A stretch of DNA of 44,110 nt, taken from IMG/VR virus record IMGVR_UViG_3300030376_001719, positions 1 to 44,110 of that record; one strand, given 5' to 3'. This stretch comes from a virus. Its lineage: Duplodnaviria > Caudoviricetes. The notes below the pieces were generated by a model. That model worked only from the letters and a program-made list of their open reading frames with translations, was not told the origin of the DNA and did not search any database. The translations under genes were made by a program, and so were the position numbers. Positions 35,509 through 44,072 of the stretch are shown piece by piece (within the stretch, counting starts at the first letter, position 1; every line of letters starts with the position of its first letter).

Positions 35509-36763
35509 CTGCCCAGTTGTCTCCGATTTTGGACTCGGCTCCGATTGGACATCTGAGGTTGTAGTAAGCCCCAGCCTCAGCTGCGCTTGATACCAAGGAT
35601 GCTGCCAAACGGTCTGCGTGGAGCCCGTGGCATTCGTATTGGAGTTCGTCATGTATAAAGGCAAGCTGCGAGCAGCAGATATCGTGAGTGTGATGGTTAG
35701 CTATTACTAGCCAGCGTTTTGCGATTACGCCAGCAGATCCCTGTAATAGGAAGTTGAGTGCTTTGTGCGGACTATCAAGGAGGACCTTGCGTCCATCAAT
35801 GGCTTTAACAAAGCCGCGATCACCCGCAACTTTAATTGCAGCAAGTAGATCATCAAGTCCAGGAATCGCAGCCACATACGCTGCTCGAATCTCAGCACCT
35901 TTCTTCTTAGCTTTGGCGGTAGGTAACTGTTTGTCATAGGTTAATCCGATCTTAACATCTCCAGCTCCATACAAAAACGCATAAGTAACATTTTTGACGA
36001 GCTTACGGGTGATTCCAATCTTATCAGCATTTACTTGGTGGATATCACCGTTGAGTAAGATGTCTGCGTATCTTCCTCCGTCGTAACGGGCAAGATAGTG
36101 AGCAAGCATCCGAAGCTCAATGCCGCTAAGATCAGCACCGACCATAACTTGACCCGGAGTTGCTGTAAATAATCGTCTAAATTCGGGTCCACTAGGTACC
36201 TGGGCTAGATTGGGTTTGTTATGTGCCATTCTAAATGTGGCACACCCAACTGAACAATGGTGGTGGATACGACTAGCACTCGTACATAGCTTCAGCCATG
36301 CGTTCGCGCCTTCTGATATCATCCCCAGACTCTTCGTAATCTCCAGGATCCTGTAGAATTGTAGGGAAAGCCCAGTTCCATGGTTCTTCAAAGTCGTCTC
36401 GTCGATCTTCGTTTTCCCAGAAGTCGTAGTAGTCTCGTCCTTGTAGCCATCGAAGGTCTTTAGTATCCATGCTATGTGATCCCTTGATCCGGGATTGAAG
36501 GTTTTCAGTCGCGTAAAAGGACACCCTTGAAAGTATCCTTGAGTTTTGTTATTTCGTTTTGGAGTAAACTCTGGTCCTGGGACGAAAGGGAACCGCTGCG
36601 AAAGTAGTTCAACAATATCTGAAAGCTCTCCTCGGAGAGAACATTCAAGTTCCCGTGCAGCTGGTTCATCAAAGTTCCATCCATGCTCTTCTTGCAGTGT
36701 TAGTATTTGTGCTACCTGATGCTCTAGCGTAACCCAGTCAGGTAGGGGTGGAAATGGTCGCAT
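35498..36763 (-). CDS. DNA polymerase family A, polymerase domain (T7 gp5-like)
   Basis: Motif A GADLSGIELR, motif B KNVTYAFLYG, motif C FIHDE. Confidence 0.95.
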   Translation of the reverse strand: MRPFPPLPDWVTLEHQVAQILTLQEEHGWNFDEPAARELECSLRGELSDIVELLSQRFPFVPGPEFTPKRNNKTQGYFQGCPFTRLKTFNPGSRDHIAWILKTFDGYKDETTTTSGKTKIDETTLKNHGTGLSLQFYRILEITKSLGMISEGANAWLKLCTSASRIHHHCSVGCATFRMAHNKPNLAQVPSGPEFRRLFTATPGQVMVGADLSGIELRMLAHYLARYDGGRYADILLNGDIHQVNADKIGITRKLVKNVTYAFLYGAGDVKIGLTYDKQLPTAKAKKKGAEIRAAYVAAIPGLDDLLAAIKVAGDRGFVKAIDGRKVLLDSPHKALNFLLQGSAGVIAKRWLVIANHHTHDICCSQLAFIHDELQYECHGLHADRLAASLVSSAAEAGAYYNLRCPIGAESKIGDNWADVH

Positions 36764-37242
36764 AATTTGCGTGTAACAGCAACGTCTTGGACGCAGTAAT
36801 CCTGCATCTCTTGGCTCCAGACTTTGAAGTCATTCTCTTTGCCGTAGTCACCCTTGAGTTCAGACAGTCGATAACCGTATGATTCAAGGCTGTGTCTACC
36901 ATAGAGTTTGGTAGGCATGTCCTTCCACTGCATCTTCTGATCCAGCTGGAGCATGTTTGGATGATACAAACGTGAAAGGATTAGGGTATCAATAACCTCG
37001 CCTTGTGGGTCAAAGAAAGGATATAGTTTCTTGAGTACCCGGAGATCATATGAAATAATGTTGTGACCCACGATAGCATCGGCATCGTCAAGCCTAGTAA
37101 CAGCTCGAACAAGAGGATCACAGCTGCCCCCTTCATTATTGTAGACAACCGTTTGGTCATCATCCGTATCATAGAGGACAATGCAGTGGATTTCGGTGCA
37201 ATCATGTACTAAACCGTTTGCTTCTAAATCAAAGACAATCAT
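36724..37242 (-). CDS. DNA polymerase 3'-5' exonuclease domain (separate ORF)
   Basis: ExoI FDLEANG, ExoII GHNIISYD, ExoIII YCVQDV. Confidence 0.93.
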   Translation of the reverse strand: MIVFDLEANGLVHDCTEIHCIVLYDTDDDQTVVYNNEGGSCDPLVRAVTRLDDADAIVGHNIISYDLRVLKKLYPFFDPQGEVIDTLILSRLYHPNMLQLDQKMQWKDMPTKLYGRHSLESYGYRLSELKGDYGKENDFKVWSQEMQDYCVQDVAVTRKLCDHFHPYLTGLR

Positions 37243-37403
37243 TTGCCTAATTTACGTAGTCTCTTCAGCTCTTTAACTTCCATCTTTACGTTCTGGAAAG
37301 CAGTCTCAGCTTCGAGCTTGCCTCCCATTTCCATAGACACGATGATGTCTACTTTACGCATAAACTGTTCAAGTGCTGTTTCGAGTCTCACTTTGTCTTC
37401 CAT
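37239..37403 (-). CDS. 54-aa hypothetical protein
   Basis: Hand-translated MEDKVRLETALEQFMRKVDIIVSMEMGGKLEAETAFQNVKMEVKELKRLRKLGK; ATGA overlap. Confidence 0.7.
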   Translation of the reverse strand: MEDKVRLETALEQFMRKVDIIVSMEMGGKLEAETAFQNVKMEVKELKRLRKLGK

Positions 37404-37525
37404 GCGTACGTTTTGTCCACGAACTTAGCCCGTTCGACCATCTCGGGCGTGGGTGGTGTTGGCTTGCGGAGATCCAGATTAGTATTAGAAATCGGTTGCC
37501 GCATTGAAATCGAGTTGAGCTTCAT
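37388..37525 (-). CDS. 45-aa hypothetical protein overlapping helicase end
   Basis: Hand-translated ...LRKPTPPTPEMVERAKFVDKTYAWKTK; fills the gap. Confidence 0.5.
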   Translation of the reverse strand: MKLNSISMRQPISNTNLDLRKPTPPTPEMVERAKFVDKTYAWKTK

Positions 37526-39062
37526 ACTCTTTAAAAGAACAAGTTGCAAGATTGTATTCTAGTTTGGCTGCGATGCCTGTTTCGCCAGAATATCGATTTT
37601 TAAGGACTCGCACAATTGTAGCAGAGTGTTCAGATCCGTCCTGTTGATTTCGCTCCAGTGCGATGACTGAATCTGAGAGCTGAGCAATTGCAGCTGAGCC
37701 ACGTAGCTGTCCCAGTGTGACTCGGGCTCCTTCTTCATGGTTTTGATCAGATTGTGTGCGTCGTAGGTGTGACACAAGGAACAATGAAATGCCAGTGCGT
37801 TCAACCAGTGAGCGCAGACGTGTCATTGTTTTGTCAATCGTCTTACGTTCATCACCGTCTAATCCTGACAGGAGGATGGAGAGGTGGTCCAAGAATATGA
37901 TCTTGGTGTCGAGCCCAGTGGCAAGGTATTCGATTCGGTTATAGATAACATCAGGATCGTAACTCCCAAAACCATCAAACAGAAAGAGATTCCACTTAGA
38001 GAGAGTTTCATCGAAAGCGTGAATGAGTTCTTTGTGGTCGTGTTCACCTAGATGATAAGCCTTTCCCAAAGCAGATGACATTAGACCCAACGCAGTCCTG
38101 CGATTTGATTCTTCTAATGCCAAGTAACCGACTCGATTGCCTGCTTGTAGCAGTTGTGTTGCAATGTGCCGACAGAATGAACTCTTGCCTGTGCCGGAGC
38201 CTGCTGTAATGGTTACTAGCTCACCGTAGCGTACACCGTGTAGGAGTCTGTCTAACCCATCGAAGCCATACTTAAAATCACTTGGTGCTCGTGGTGTTGT
38301 GACTACTTCCAGTAGTGTACGACCTTCTACAATACCATCTGGTCGATACTCTTTAGCATCCCAGATAGCCCTGCAGATGGCTTCTGTATCATTGTTTTGG
38401 AGTGCATCAGATGCATCCTTGTACTGATCTAGAACAGCGATCTTCGCCTTGCCAGGTGGTAGGATGCTAGCGCATTCCGTTGCCGCTTGGCGTCCGGGAT
38501 CGTCATTATCAAAGAAAAGAACGATTTCCTCATAGCCTTGAAGAAGTTCGAGATTGCGTTGGATTGATTTCTTCGCACTCGCGGCACCGCTTGGGAGCGA
38601 GACCATTGGCCATCCTTCCATTGCCTGGTAGCAGCTCGCCGCATCGAGTTCTCCTTCTGTAATAACAATTCGTCTTCCCGCAGTAGGGAATAAATGCTGC
38701 CCGAAAAAAGATCCATCAGTTTTACCTTCGTAGTGGAACTGTTTGTCTACTGTCTTGACCTTCGCGCCAAGCAGCGCTCCAGTGCTATCGAGATAATGGA
38801 ATCGGAGCTTGTCTCCGTCTTTGTGGATTTTGTACTTTCGACAGGTTTTTTCTGATAGTCCTCGCTTCCGAAGCTGAACAGGGTGTCCTCGCAATAGGGG
38901 TACATAATCAAATGATGAGTGTGATTCGTTAGGTAGAGTCAATTTGTGACACGAAAAACAATATGTGTGTTCATCGGAATAGACAGCGAGTGCATCACTA
39001 CTACCGCAATCTGGGCAGGAGTCATGAAACATAAACTCGCTATCATTTTCTAGATCAGCCAT
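37485..39062 (-). CDS. Primase-helicase (T7 gp4-like)
   Basis: Zn finger CPDCGSSD...YCFSC, TOPRIM ITEGELD/FDNDDPG, Walker A AGSGTGKS, LDHL, LRGS. Confidence 0.97.
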   Translation of the reverse strand: MADLENDSEFMFHDSCPDCGSSDALAVYSDEHTYCFSCHKLTLPNESHSSFDYVPLLRGHPVQLRKRGLSEKTCRKYKIHKDGDKLRFHYLDSTGALLGAKVKTVDKQFHYEGKTDGSFFGQHLFPTAGRRIVITEGELDAASCYQAMEGWPMVSLPSGAASAKKSIQRNLELLQGYEEIVLFFDNDDPGRQAATECASILPPGKAKIAVLDQYKDASDALQNNDTEAICRAIWDAKEYRPDGIVEGRTLLEVVTTPRAPSDFKYGFDGLDRLLHGVRYGELVTITAGSGTGKSSFCRHIATQLLQAGNRVGYLALEESNRRTALGLMSSALGKAYHLGEHDHKELIHAFDETLSKWNLFLFDGFGSYDPDVIYNRIEYLATGLDTKIIFLDHLSILLSGLDGDERKTIDKTMTRLRSLVERTGISLFLVSHLRRTQSDQNHEEGARVTLGQLRGSAAIAQLSDSVIALERNQQDGSEHSATIVRVLKNRYSGETGIAAKLEYNLATCSFKEYEAQLDFNAATDF

Positions 39063-39403
39063 TCAATAGGTATCTCCTGGAATGACGTCCATTTTATATC
39101 GTGCTTGTCGCACCATTGGGCATAAGTAGTCTTGGACTTCTTACTAATTCTATTGTATGGAGTTTGGAAGACCATACGGATATCAAGCTCGGGATTCTGC
39201 TTCTTTACATTCTTGACTTTACGCCTGTCTTCAGGATCCCAATAGCCTTTACACTCCAGAAAAACGCCATTAGGAAGGAGAAAATCAGGAGTGTAGTTAT
39301 GCTGAATAACATAGGGCACTTTGGTGCTTTCGTATTCATAAGAGACACCAAGGTTACATAGTAGATCAGCGACCCGTTCTTCCAAACCGGATCGAAAAGC
39401 CAT
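39050..39403 (-). CDS. Endonuclease I / Holliday junction resolvase (T7 gp3-like)
   Basis: FRSGLE, YTPDF, LECKG, DIRMVF. Confidence 0.95.
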   Translation of the reverse strand: MAFRSGLEERVADLLCNLGVSYEYESTKVPYVIQHNYTPDFLLPNGVFLECKGYWDPEDRRKVKNVKKQNPELDIRMVFQTPYNRISKKSKTTYAQWCDKHDIKWTSFQEIPIEWLI

Positions 39404-39594
39404 CAGTCATCCATGTGCTTTTCAATGATAGCTTCAACAACTTCAGTCACAGCACGAGACATCTCGTACTTGAAATCATTTTTATCAGCTTTGTATCGGG
39501 TGACGCAGATAGGAGGCAGCTGGATGTCAAGCGTACCTTTGTACACACCCGTGATCTCATCTTTGGAGACCGTGTATTGGAAATCAGAAGTCAT
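39403..39594 (-). CDS. 63-aa hypothetical protein
   Basis: MTSDFQYTV...KHMDD; start reassigned to ATG 39594. Confidence 0.65.
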   Translation of the reverse strand: MTSDFQYTVSKDEITGVYKGTLDIQLPPICVTRYKADKNDFKYEMSRAVTEVVEAIIEKHMDD

Positions 39595-40156
39595 CGTCAA
39601 CGGTGGCAGTTTCAGTGGAGGGTTCGAGAGTATCAGCTTTGAAGCCTTCAACCTTATCGAACAGGTTTGATACATCGCTATCGGCTGACTCAGATGACAC
39701 ACCTGCTGCAGCATTGAGCTCAATAACTTGTACACCCAGGAGCTTCAGAGAGCTTCCGTAGGTCACACCATCCTTGAGCACATACGGCTTCTGATAGAGG
39801 GCTAGACGGACCTTAGAGCCACCGTAGAGAGGCAGGTCAGGGTTAGTAACCGCTGTACCCTCACTATCAACGATGCCAGGCTTGTTGTCCTCACCCCAGC
39901 TAAACTTAACTTTATATCGTCCTTGCGCAACTTCTTCCCATGGTTCAGGCTTCAGCACTGAACGCTTGGGGTTTTTAACTTTCGACAATCCCCACTCAAG
40001 GAGTCGGGCACGATCTTCATCAAGTCGATCGATGATGTCGCTTTCAACAATTGCAGACAGGTTGTATCCAAACTTACCTGGTTGCAGAACAGCCTGAAAA
40101 CCATCAAGAGTGACGGTCTCAGTCATTACAATGTCATCCTTTTTAGGACCGGCCAT
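39584..40156 (-). CDS. ssb: Single-stranded DNA-binding protein (T7 gp2.5-like)
   Basis: LYGGSKVRL, GSSLKLLGVQVIEL, acidic C-terminal DDDF; start at MAGPKK. Confidence 0.9.
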   Translation of the reverse strand: MAGPKKDDIVMTETVTLDGFQAVLQPGKFGYNLSAIVESDIIDRLDEDRARLLEWGLSKVKNPKRSVLKPEPWEEVAQGRYKVKFSWGEDNKPGIVDSEGTAVTNPDLPLYGGSKVRLALYQKPYVLKDGVTYGSSLKLLGVQVIELNAAAGVSSESADSDVSNLFDKVEGFKADTLEPSTETATVDDDF

Positions 40157-40157
40157 G

Positions 40158-40922
40158 TTAACAAAAGAAATAGGTAGAATTTGTGACATCCTCAGGTTTG
40201 AGGGTGCCAATGATGGGTGGCTCAGATGTAGCTCCGATTTGTTCCGCCCATGTTTTTAGATAGTTGTTCTCGGCAAACAAATGCATGTATACCTTTCGGA
40301 CAATGCCCGATAGATTATCCATGTCGCTAGCACGGCATAAAACCGAGTCGTGAATGACGGCCAGCGGTGCGTCGAAGCGTATTGCAGATAGGTGTAATAG
40401 TGAGGCATCCAGCGAATGAATTAGATTGGGAGCTGTGGCATTCTTATGATGTCGCAAGTCTACTTTATCTGAGTCACCAACGGCTGTCGTTACTTTCTGA
40501 ACTGATCCTAACAACTTCAATTCAATTCGTACTTTGTTTTGTTTCATCAGTTTTTGATGAACGACAAACCCTGAAGGTGTGACCCATTGCAGGTGTTCTT
40601 TACCACCTTTAATAGCTTTAGTGACTTCAGCTTCAATCCACTTCATTACTGCCATTGGACCTGGTACGATGACATTCATCGCATCCCGTACGGCAGAAAC
40701 CGTGAGTGTGAGATCATCTTTATCAATCTCGACACCCTTATCCTTGAGAGCTTCACGAATGTAACCACGGTTGGAATGTGGTTTAGCATTGTAAGGCACT
40801 GTCATCACTACACGCTTGACTGTTCCTGTCCATATACGGTTGTATACTTTCAGGACAGTTGGGTGTAGCTTCAGCAGCGACAACCTTGTATGCGTCTTGT
40901 GGTTTATCACCTGGGACAACAT
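40158..40922 (-). CDS. T7-like RNA polymerase, C-terminal fragment after frameshift
   Basis: TVKRVVMTVPYN (motif B), APNLIHSLDA, VIHDS (motif C), terminal YFFC. Confidence 0.92.
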   Translation of the reverse strand: MLSQVINHKTHTRLSLLKLHPTVLKVYNRIWTGTVKRVVMTVPYNAKPHSNRGYIREALKDKGVEIDKDDLTLTVSAVRDAMNVIVPGPMAVMKWIEAEVTKAIKGGKEHLQWVTPSGFVVHQKLMKQNKVRIELKLLGSVQKVTTAVGDSDKVDLRHHKNATAPNLIHSLDASLLHLSAIRFDAPLAVIHDSVLCRASDMDNLSGIVRKVYMHLFAENNYLKTWAEQIGATSEPPIIGTLKPEDVTNSTYFFC

Positions 40923-42507
40923 TAACTAGTGTAGCTGTATCTTTATCGAGTGCAAGTCCTGCAAGGATTTGTAACCCTGAGCAGGTTGCATCAACAGCAA
41001 TAGGTAAAGACGTGTGAGTTCTACTGAAGGCTATCATAATAGCATAGTATTCCTCACATGCAGCTAAGAAACACCAAGGCTCCTCAGCTGCTTCCCATTC
41101 TGAGATGTTACCCACAGGATCTGTTGCTACTCTTTCTATTAGTTGTTCGTTAGCAACTGCCCATGAGTGTCTCTCAGACAATGGAGCTTTATCTAATCCA
41201 TTACCGTAGGTTGTTGCAACCTGAAACTTGAGCCAACGCTCAGCTTCAACTGTCACAAAGCAACTATCAGCAAATCTTATAAGTGACTTAGAGAAGTCAC
41301 AACCTTGTGGTGTTAGAAAAGAGGGGATTGCATATGCACGACCACGGTAGTCAAACGACCAGGGTAGATAGAATCTGTCAACATTTAGAAATCGTTGTAC
41401 TAGTTCCATAGTCATGCGGGTTCGACAACTTTCTTTGAACACTGCTGCGTTCTTATTCATTGCCTCTGCCGCAGCTCGTTTATAAGCTTGACGCGACTCA
41501 TCATTCTCTGCTATGTCCACCGGTTTGGGTGGGATTGGTGTTTCATAGACAGGAATGAACTTCCCAACTTTAATTCCCCTCTCTTGTAGGGTACGAGCAA
41601 CCGACACAATAAACGGATTTAGTGTGTATGCAACTGATTGAATCCGGTTCAAAAAGGCTAGCGGTTTCTCTCCCTGTATTAGGGACGGATTGCCTCTCCT
41701 AACCAAATCATTACCGTGCATTAACTCGTTCATAAGGTATCCACCGGCTGCATCATTTGACCAAGGTTTTGGTGGAATTAACATTGGCCATGCCATTGGT
41801 GCCATTAGCTCTGCAGACGCCATTATATCGTCTTTAACGTCCATGAAAGCAGCGCTAGGTACAATGTGAGTGTGTGTCTTTTTACCTAGCCTTTCAAGGC
41901 GTTTCTCGAACCATCCAGAGCACTCCATGATGCAGTCTAACAACCAGCCACCCAACTTAACACAGACAGCATCATCCCATCGTTTCCATGTGATGTCATG
42001 CCTGTTCATCAGGGTACGCATGATTGTCACCTTCTGTTGTGTGCCACATGCTTTATGCCAGTAGTTCTTCTTCAGTGTATTCAACAACCCCGGCGCAGTT
42101 GTTTCATAAAACCTGATCTGACACTCTTGTTCTACTGCTTTACCAATAGATTTGCAGACGTTTTGCACCTTACTAGCATCTTCCTTGAATGAGAATACTT
42201 TATCGAAGGTTAGTTTAAGTGCAATAGCTGCGCAAGCATCAGCATCAATGTCAGCAAGATAGTGGGCTATTTCTTTGAATGCAACTCCATTCTTTCTTGC
42301 ATGGATCCTATCTGTTGTGTCGTTAATGCGTGCGACAACTCTAGGCAGCAGACAATCAATGCTAGCAACCCCATAAATACTGGCACTGGCATAATCTTTT
42401 GATTCAACACTGTAGGTTTGTTTGTGTAATCGTGATTTACCTTGCTTGATAGCATCACGCTCTAGCGCGTATTGCTTCTCAATAAGTTCCTCACTTATCA
42501 TCGGCAA
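40783..42507 (-). CDS. T7-like RNA polymerase, N-terminal fragment
   Basis: PMLIPPKPW, FDYRGRAY, motif A VDATCSGLQ; frame lost after YMDR near 40824. Confidence 0.93.
   Translation of the reverse strand: MPMISEELIEKQYALERDAIKQGKSRLHKQTYSVESKDYASASIYGVASIDCLLPRVVARINDTTDRIHARKNGVAFKEIAHYLADIDADACAAIALKLTFDKVFSFKEDASKVQNVCKSIGKAVEQECQIRFYETTAPGLLNTLKKNYWHKACGTQQKVTIMRTLMNRHDITWKRWDDAVCVKLGGWLLDCIMECSGWFEKRLERLGKKTHTHIVPSAAFMDVKDDIMASAELMAPMAWPMLIPPKPWSNDAAGGYLMNELMHGNDLVRRGNPSLIQGEKPLAFLNRIQSVAYTLNPFIVSVARTLQERGIKVGKFIPVYETPIPPKPVDIAENDESRQAYKRAAAEAMNKNAAVFKESCRTRMTMELVQRFLNVDRFYLPWSFDYRGRAYAIPSFLTPQGCDFSKSLIRFADSCFVTVEAERWLKFQVATTYGNGLDKAPLSERHSWAVANEQLIERVATDPVGNISEWEAAEEPWCFLAACEEYYAIMIAFSRTHTSLPIAVDATCSGLQILAGLALDKDTATLVNVVPGDKPQDAYKVVAAEATPNCPESIQPYMDRNSQACSDDSALQC
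41668..41692 (-). promoter_or_regulatory. Putative phage RNAP promoter inside the RNAP gene
   Basis: CAATCCGTCCCTAATACAGGGAGAG; 24/25 identical to 1398-1422. Confidence 0.7.
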
Positions 42508-42598
42508 CCTGCTCCTGTATAAGTTGAATCAGCTCATCACGATGAGTGTGAGCCATGATCTCTTGACAAAGCATCTCAGCTTTCTCCGAGATCACCAT
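42491..42598 (-). CDS. 35-aa hypothetical protein
   Basis: MVISEKAEMLCQEIMAHTHRDELIQLIQEQVADDK; bridges upstream gene and RNAP. Confidence 0.5.
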   Translation of the reverse strand: MVISEKAEMLCQEIMAHTHRDELIQLIQEQVADDK

Positions 42599-42914
42599 CC
42601 TCTGGGATAAGCTCAGCTTTGAGTAGGGTGATTTCTTCATCGTCTGCGATAGTGATTTCATTGTCGGGGTTTTGCATGGTCTTTTTAATGAAGGCGTTGG
42701 CTGCCTTTGCTTGCTTGTAAGAACGTTCTTTGATCTTACCAGTCTTTGTATTGTGTACACGGATGACACAGAGGTGTTCCTCTGGGATTTGCCATCCATG
42801 CACTCTCCATTCTACAAACTCTTCAAAGGGTAGTGAGTTGAATACTTCAGCAGGTGCTGCAGCAATGTACTCCCAATTGTTTGGGAAGTAAGGACGCTTA
42901 CTGTTCGATCCCAT
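42576..42914 (-). CDS. Early hypothetical protein upstream of RNAP
   Basis: 112 aa, YFPNNWE...TGKIKERSY. Confidence 0.75.
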   Translation of the reverse strand: MGSNSKRPYFPNNWEYIAAAPAEVFNSLPFEEFVEWRVHGWQIPEEHLCVIRVHNTKTGKIKERSYKQAKAANAFIKKTMQNPDNEITIADDEEITLLKAELIPEDGDLGES

Positions 42915-43059
42915 AGGTAACGTTCATTAGTTCAGATTGGTACAATGTAGCATACTCCTGGGCTTTCCAGGCTGCATCCTCTTCATCCTTAGCGAGGAAT
43001 GAGATAGGATCACCCTCCATAAGTGTAGCAGTGTAGATGTGTTGTTTGATCATGCTCAT
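42898..43059 (-). CDS. 53-aa early hypothetical protein
   Basis: Hand-translated MSMIKQHIYTATL...LAKDEEDAAWKAQEYA...GIEQ; ATGA overlap. Confidence 0.65.
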   Translation of the reverse strand: MSMIKQHIYTATLMEGDPISFLAKDEEDAAWKAQEYATLYQSELMNVTYGIEQ

Positions 43060-43259
43060 AGGTAAACAGTTGCATCCTCAATGTTTTCAGTTTGGATGAA
43101 GTTTTCTCCATCCTCAGCATACAAGTCAAGTAGCTCTGCAAACTCATCACAAAGATCCTTGTGAGTTAGCATTTCGAAGTCACGACGTGTGTCCTCCTCA
43201 GGTTCTTCTTCATGGAACAAGGAAAGATAACTGTCAAGCAACCAATCTTTGAATTTCAT
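43056..43259 (-). CDS. Acidic early hypothetical protein
   Basis: 67-aa ORF, coupled overlaps. Confidence 0.65.
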   Translation of the reverse strand: MKFKDWLLDSYLSLFHEEEPEEDTRRDFEMLTHKDLCDEFAELLDLYAEDGENFIQTENIEDATVYL

Positions 43260-43375
43260 TTGTTGTTGTAATAACGTTGGGTGATAGTGTTGGCACGAAG
43301 CCAGATGATGAGTGTGGACATGATGCCAATCATGCCAATAACAGCGAAGATGATGTTAGATTCAGTCCAGATCAT
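43256..43375 (-). CDS. 39-aa single-TM early protein
   Basis: Hand-translated MIWTESNIIFAVIGMIGIMSTLIIWLRANTITQRYYNNK. Confidence 0.65.
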   Translation of the reverse strand: MIWTESNIIFAVIGMIGIMSTLIIWLRANTITQRYYNNK

Positions 43376-43533
43376 TAGTTTGTGGGAAAGTTTTTGCAGA
43401 CGGCATCACACAGGATGCGAGTTAGTTCATCTCTTTCTGCAGTATCACCATTGTATTTTTCATAAAAGAACTCATCACAAATGCCATCAATGTCCTCCAT
43501 TAGTTGTTCGCGTTGTTTGAGTAGTTCAATCAT
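43375..43533 (-). CDS. 52-aa early hypothetical protein
   Basis: Hand-translated MIELLKQREQLMEDIDGIC...LTRILCDAVCKNFPTN; TAATG overlap. Confidence 0.7.
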   Translation of the reverse strand: MIELLKQREQLMEDIDGICDEFFYEKYNGDTAERDELTRILCDAVCKNFPTN

Positions 43534-43611
43534 TGATTAGTGAAAGAAAGTAATAGAAACAATCATGATTACCTATTTCATGGGCTAGGTTGAGCCACAA
43601 ATAGTCATCAA

Positions 43612-43935
43612 TCACACAAGAACCTCATTAATAAAGGGAACAGTGTTGCCGTTTGGCAGAGTCACAAACCAGTCAAAGTCACGTTGAAAAACACGAGCAG
43701 AACCGGTTACAAACTGACAAATAGCGTTGAGTCGTGATTTAGTAGTTGGAGTAGTCCAACCACAGTGACGCAACTCTAGCACACCAGCACCGTCTGAGTA
43801 ATAACTAGCAATGCTGTTGCCATGCAATAGAACCTCAACATGGTGTGGGCTGTGTACTTTAACCATGGTGTTTGACTTATGCCAACCACGGCGATCAACC
43901 ATGGCTTGGATCATTTCGCGTTCAATCTTGCGCAT
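43612..43935 (-). CDS. Early hypothetical protein
   Basis: 107 aa, MRKIE...LHGNSIA...GWTTPTTKSRLNA...VFQRDFDWFV. Confidence 0.8.
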   Translation of the reverse strand: MRKIEREMIQAMVDRRGWHKSNTMVKVHSPHHVEVLLHGNSIASYYSDGAGVLELRHCGWTTPTTKSRLNAICQFVTGSARVFQRDFDWFVTLPNGNTVPFINEVLV

Positions 43936-44007
43936 AACGGGTGAATCAGTGTCGGGTGAGTCAGGAGTGAGTGTGGTTATGAGTGTGATTTCAACTAATT
44001 GTTGATA

Positions 44008-44072
44008 AGAAATAAACAGTGCTGTCTAATTAGAAATAAACAACACTGTGGTTTGTTTACAAACAACCCTGT
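44008..44072. repeat. Imperfect direct repeats in AT-rich intergenic region
   Basis: AGAAATAAACAGTGCTGT (44008), AGAAATAAACAACACTGT (44032), AAACAACCCTGT (44061). Confidence 0.55.

Noticed and set aside
42491-43935. Integrase/attP as found upstream of RNAP in some cyanopodoviruses
   Set aside because: No tyrosine recombinase-sized ORF or motif present
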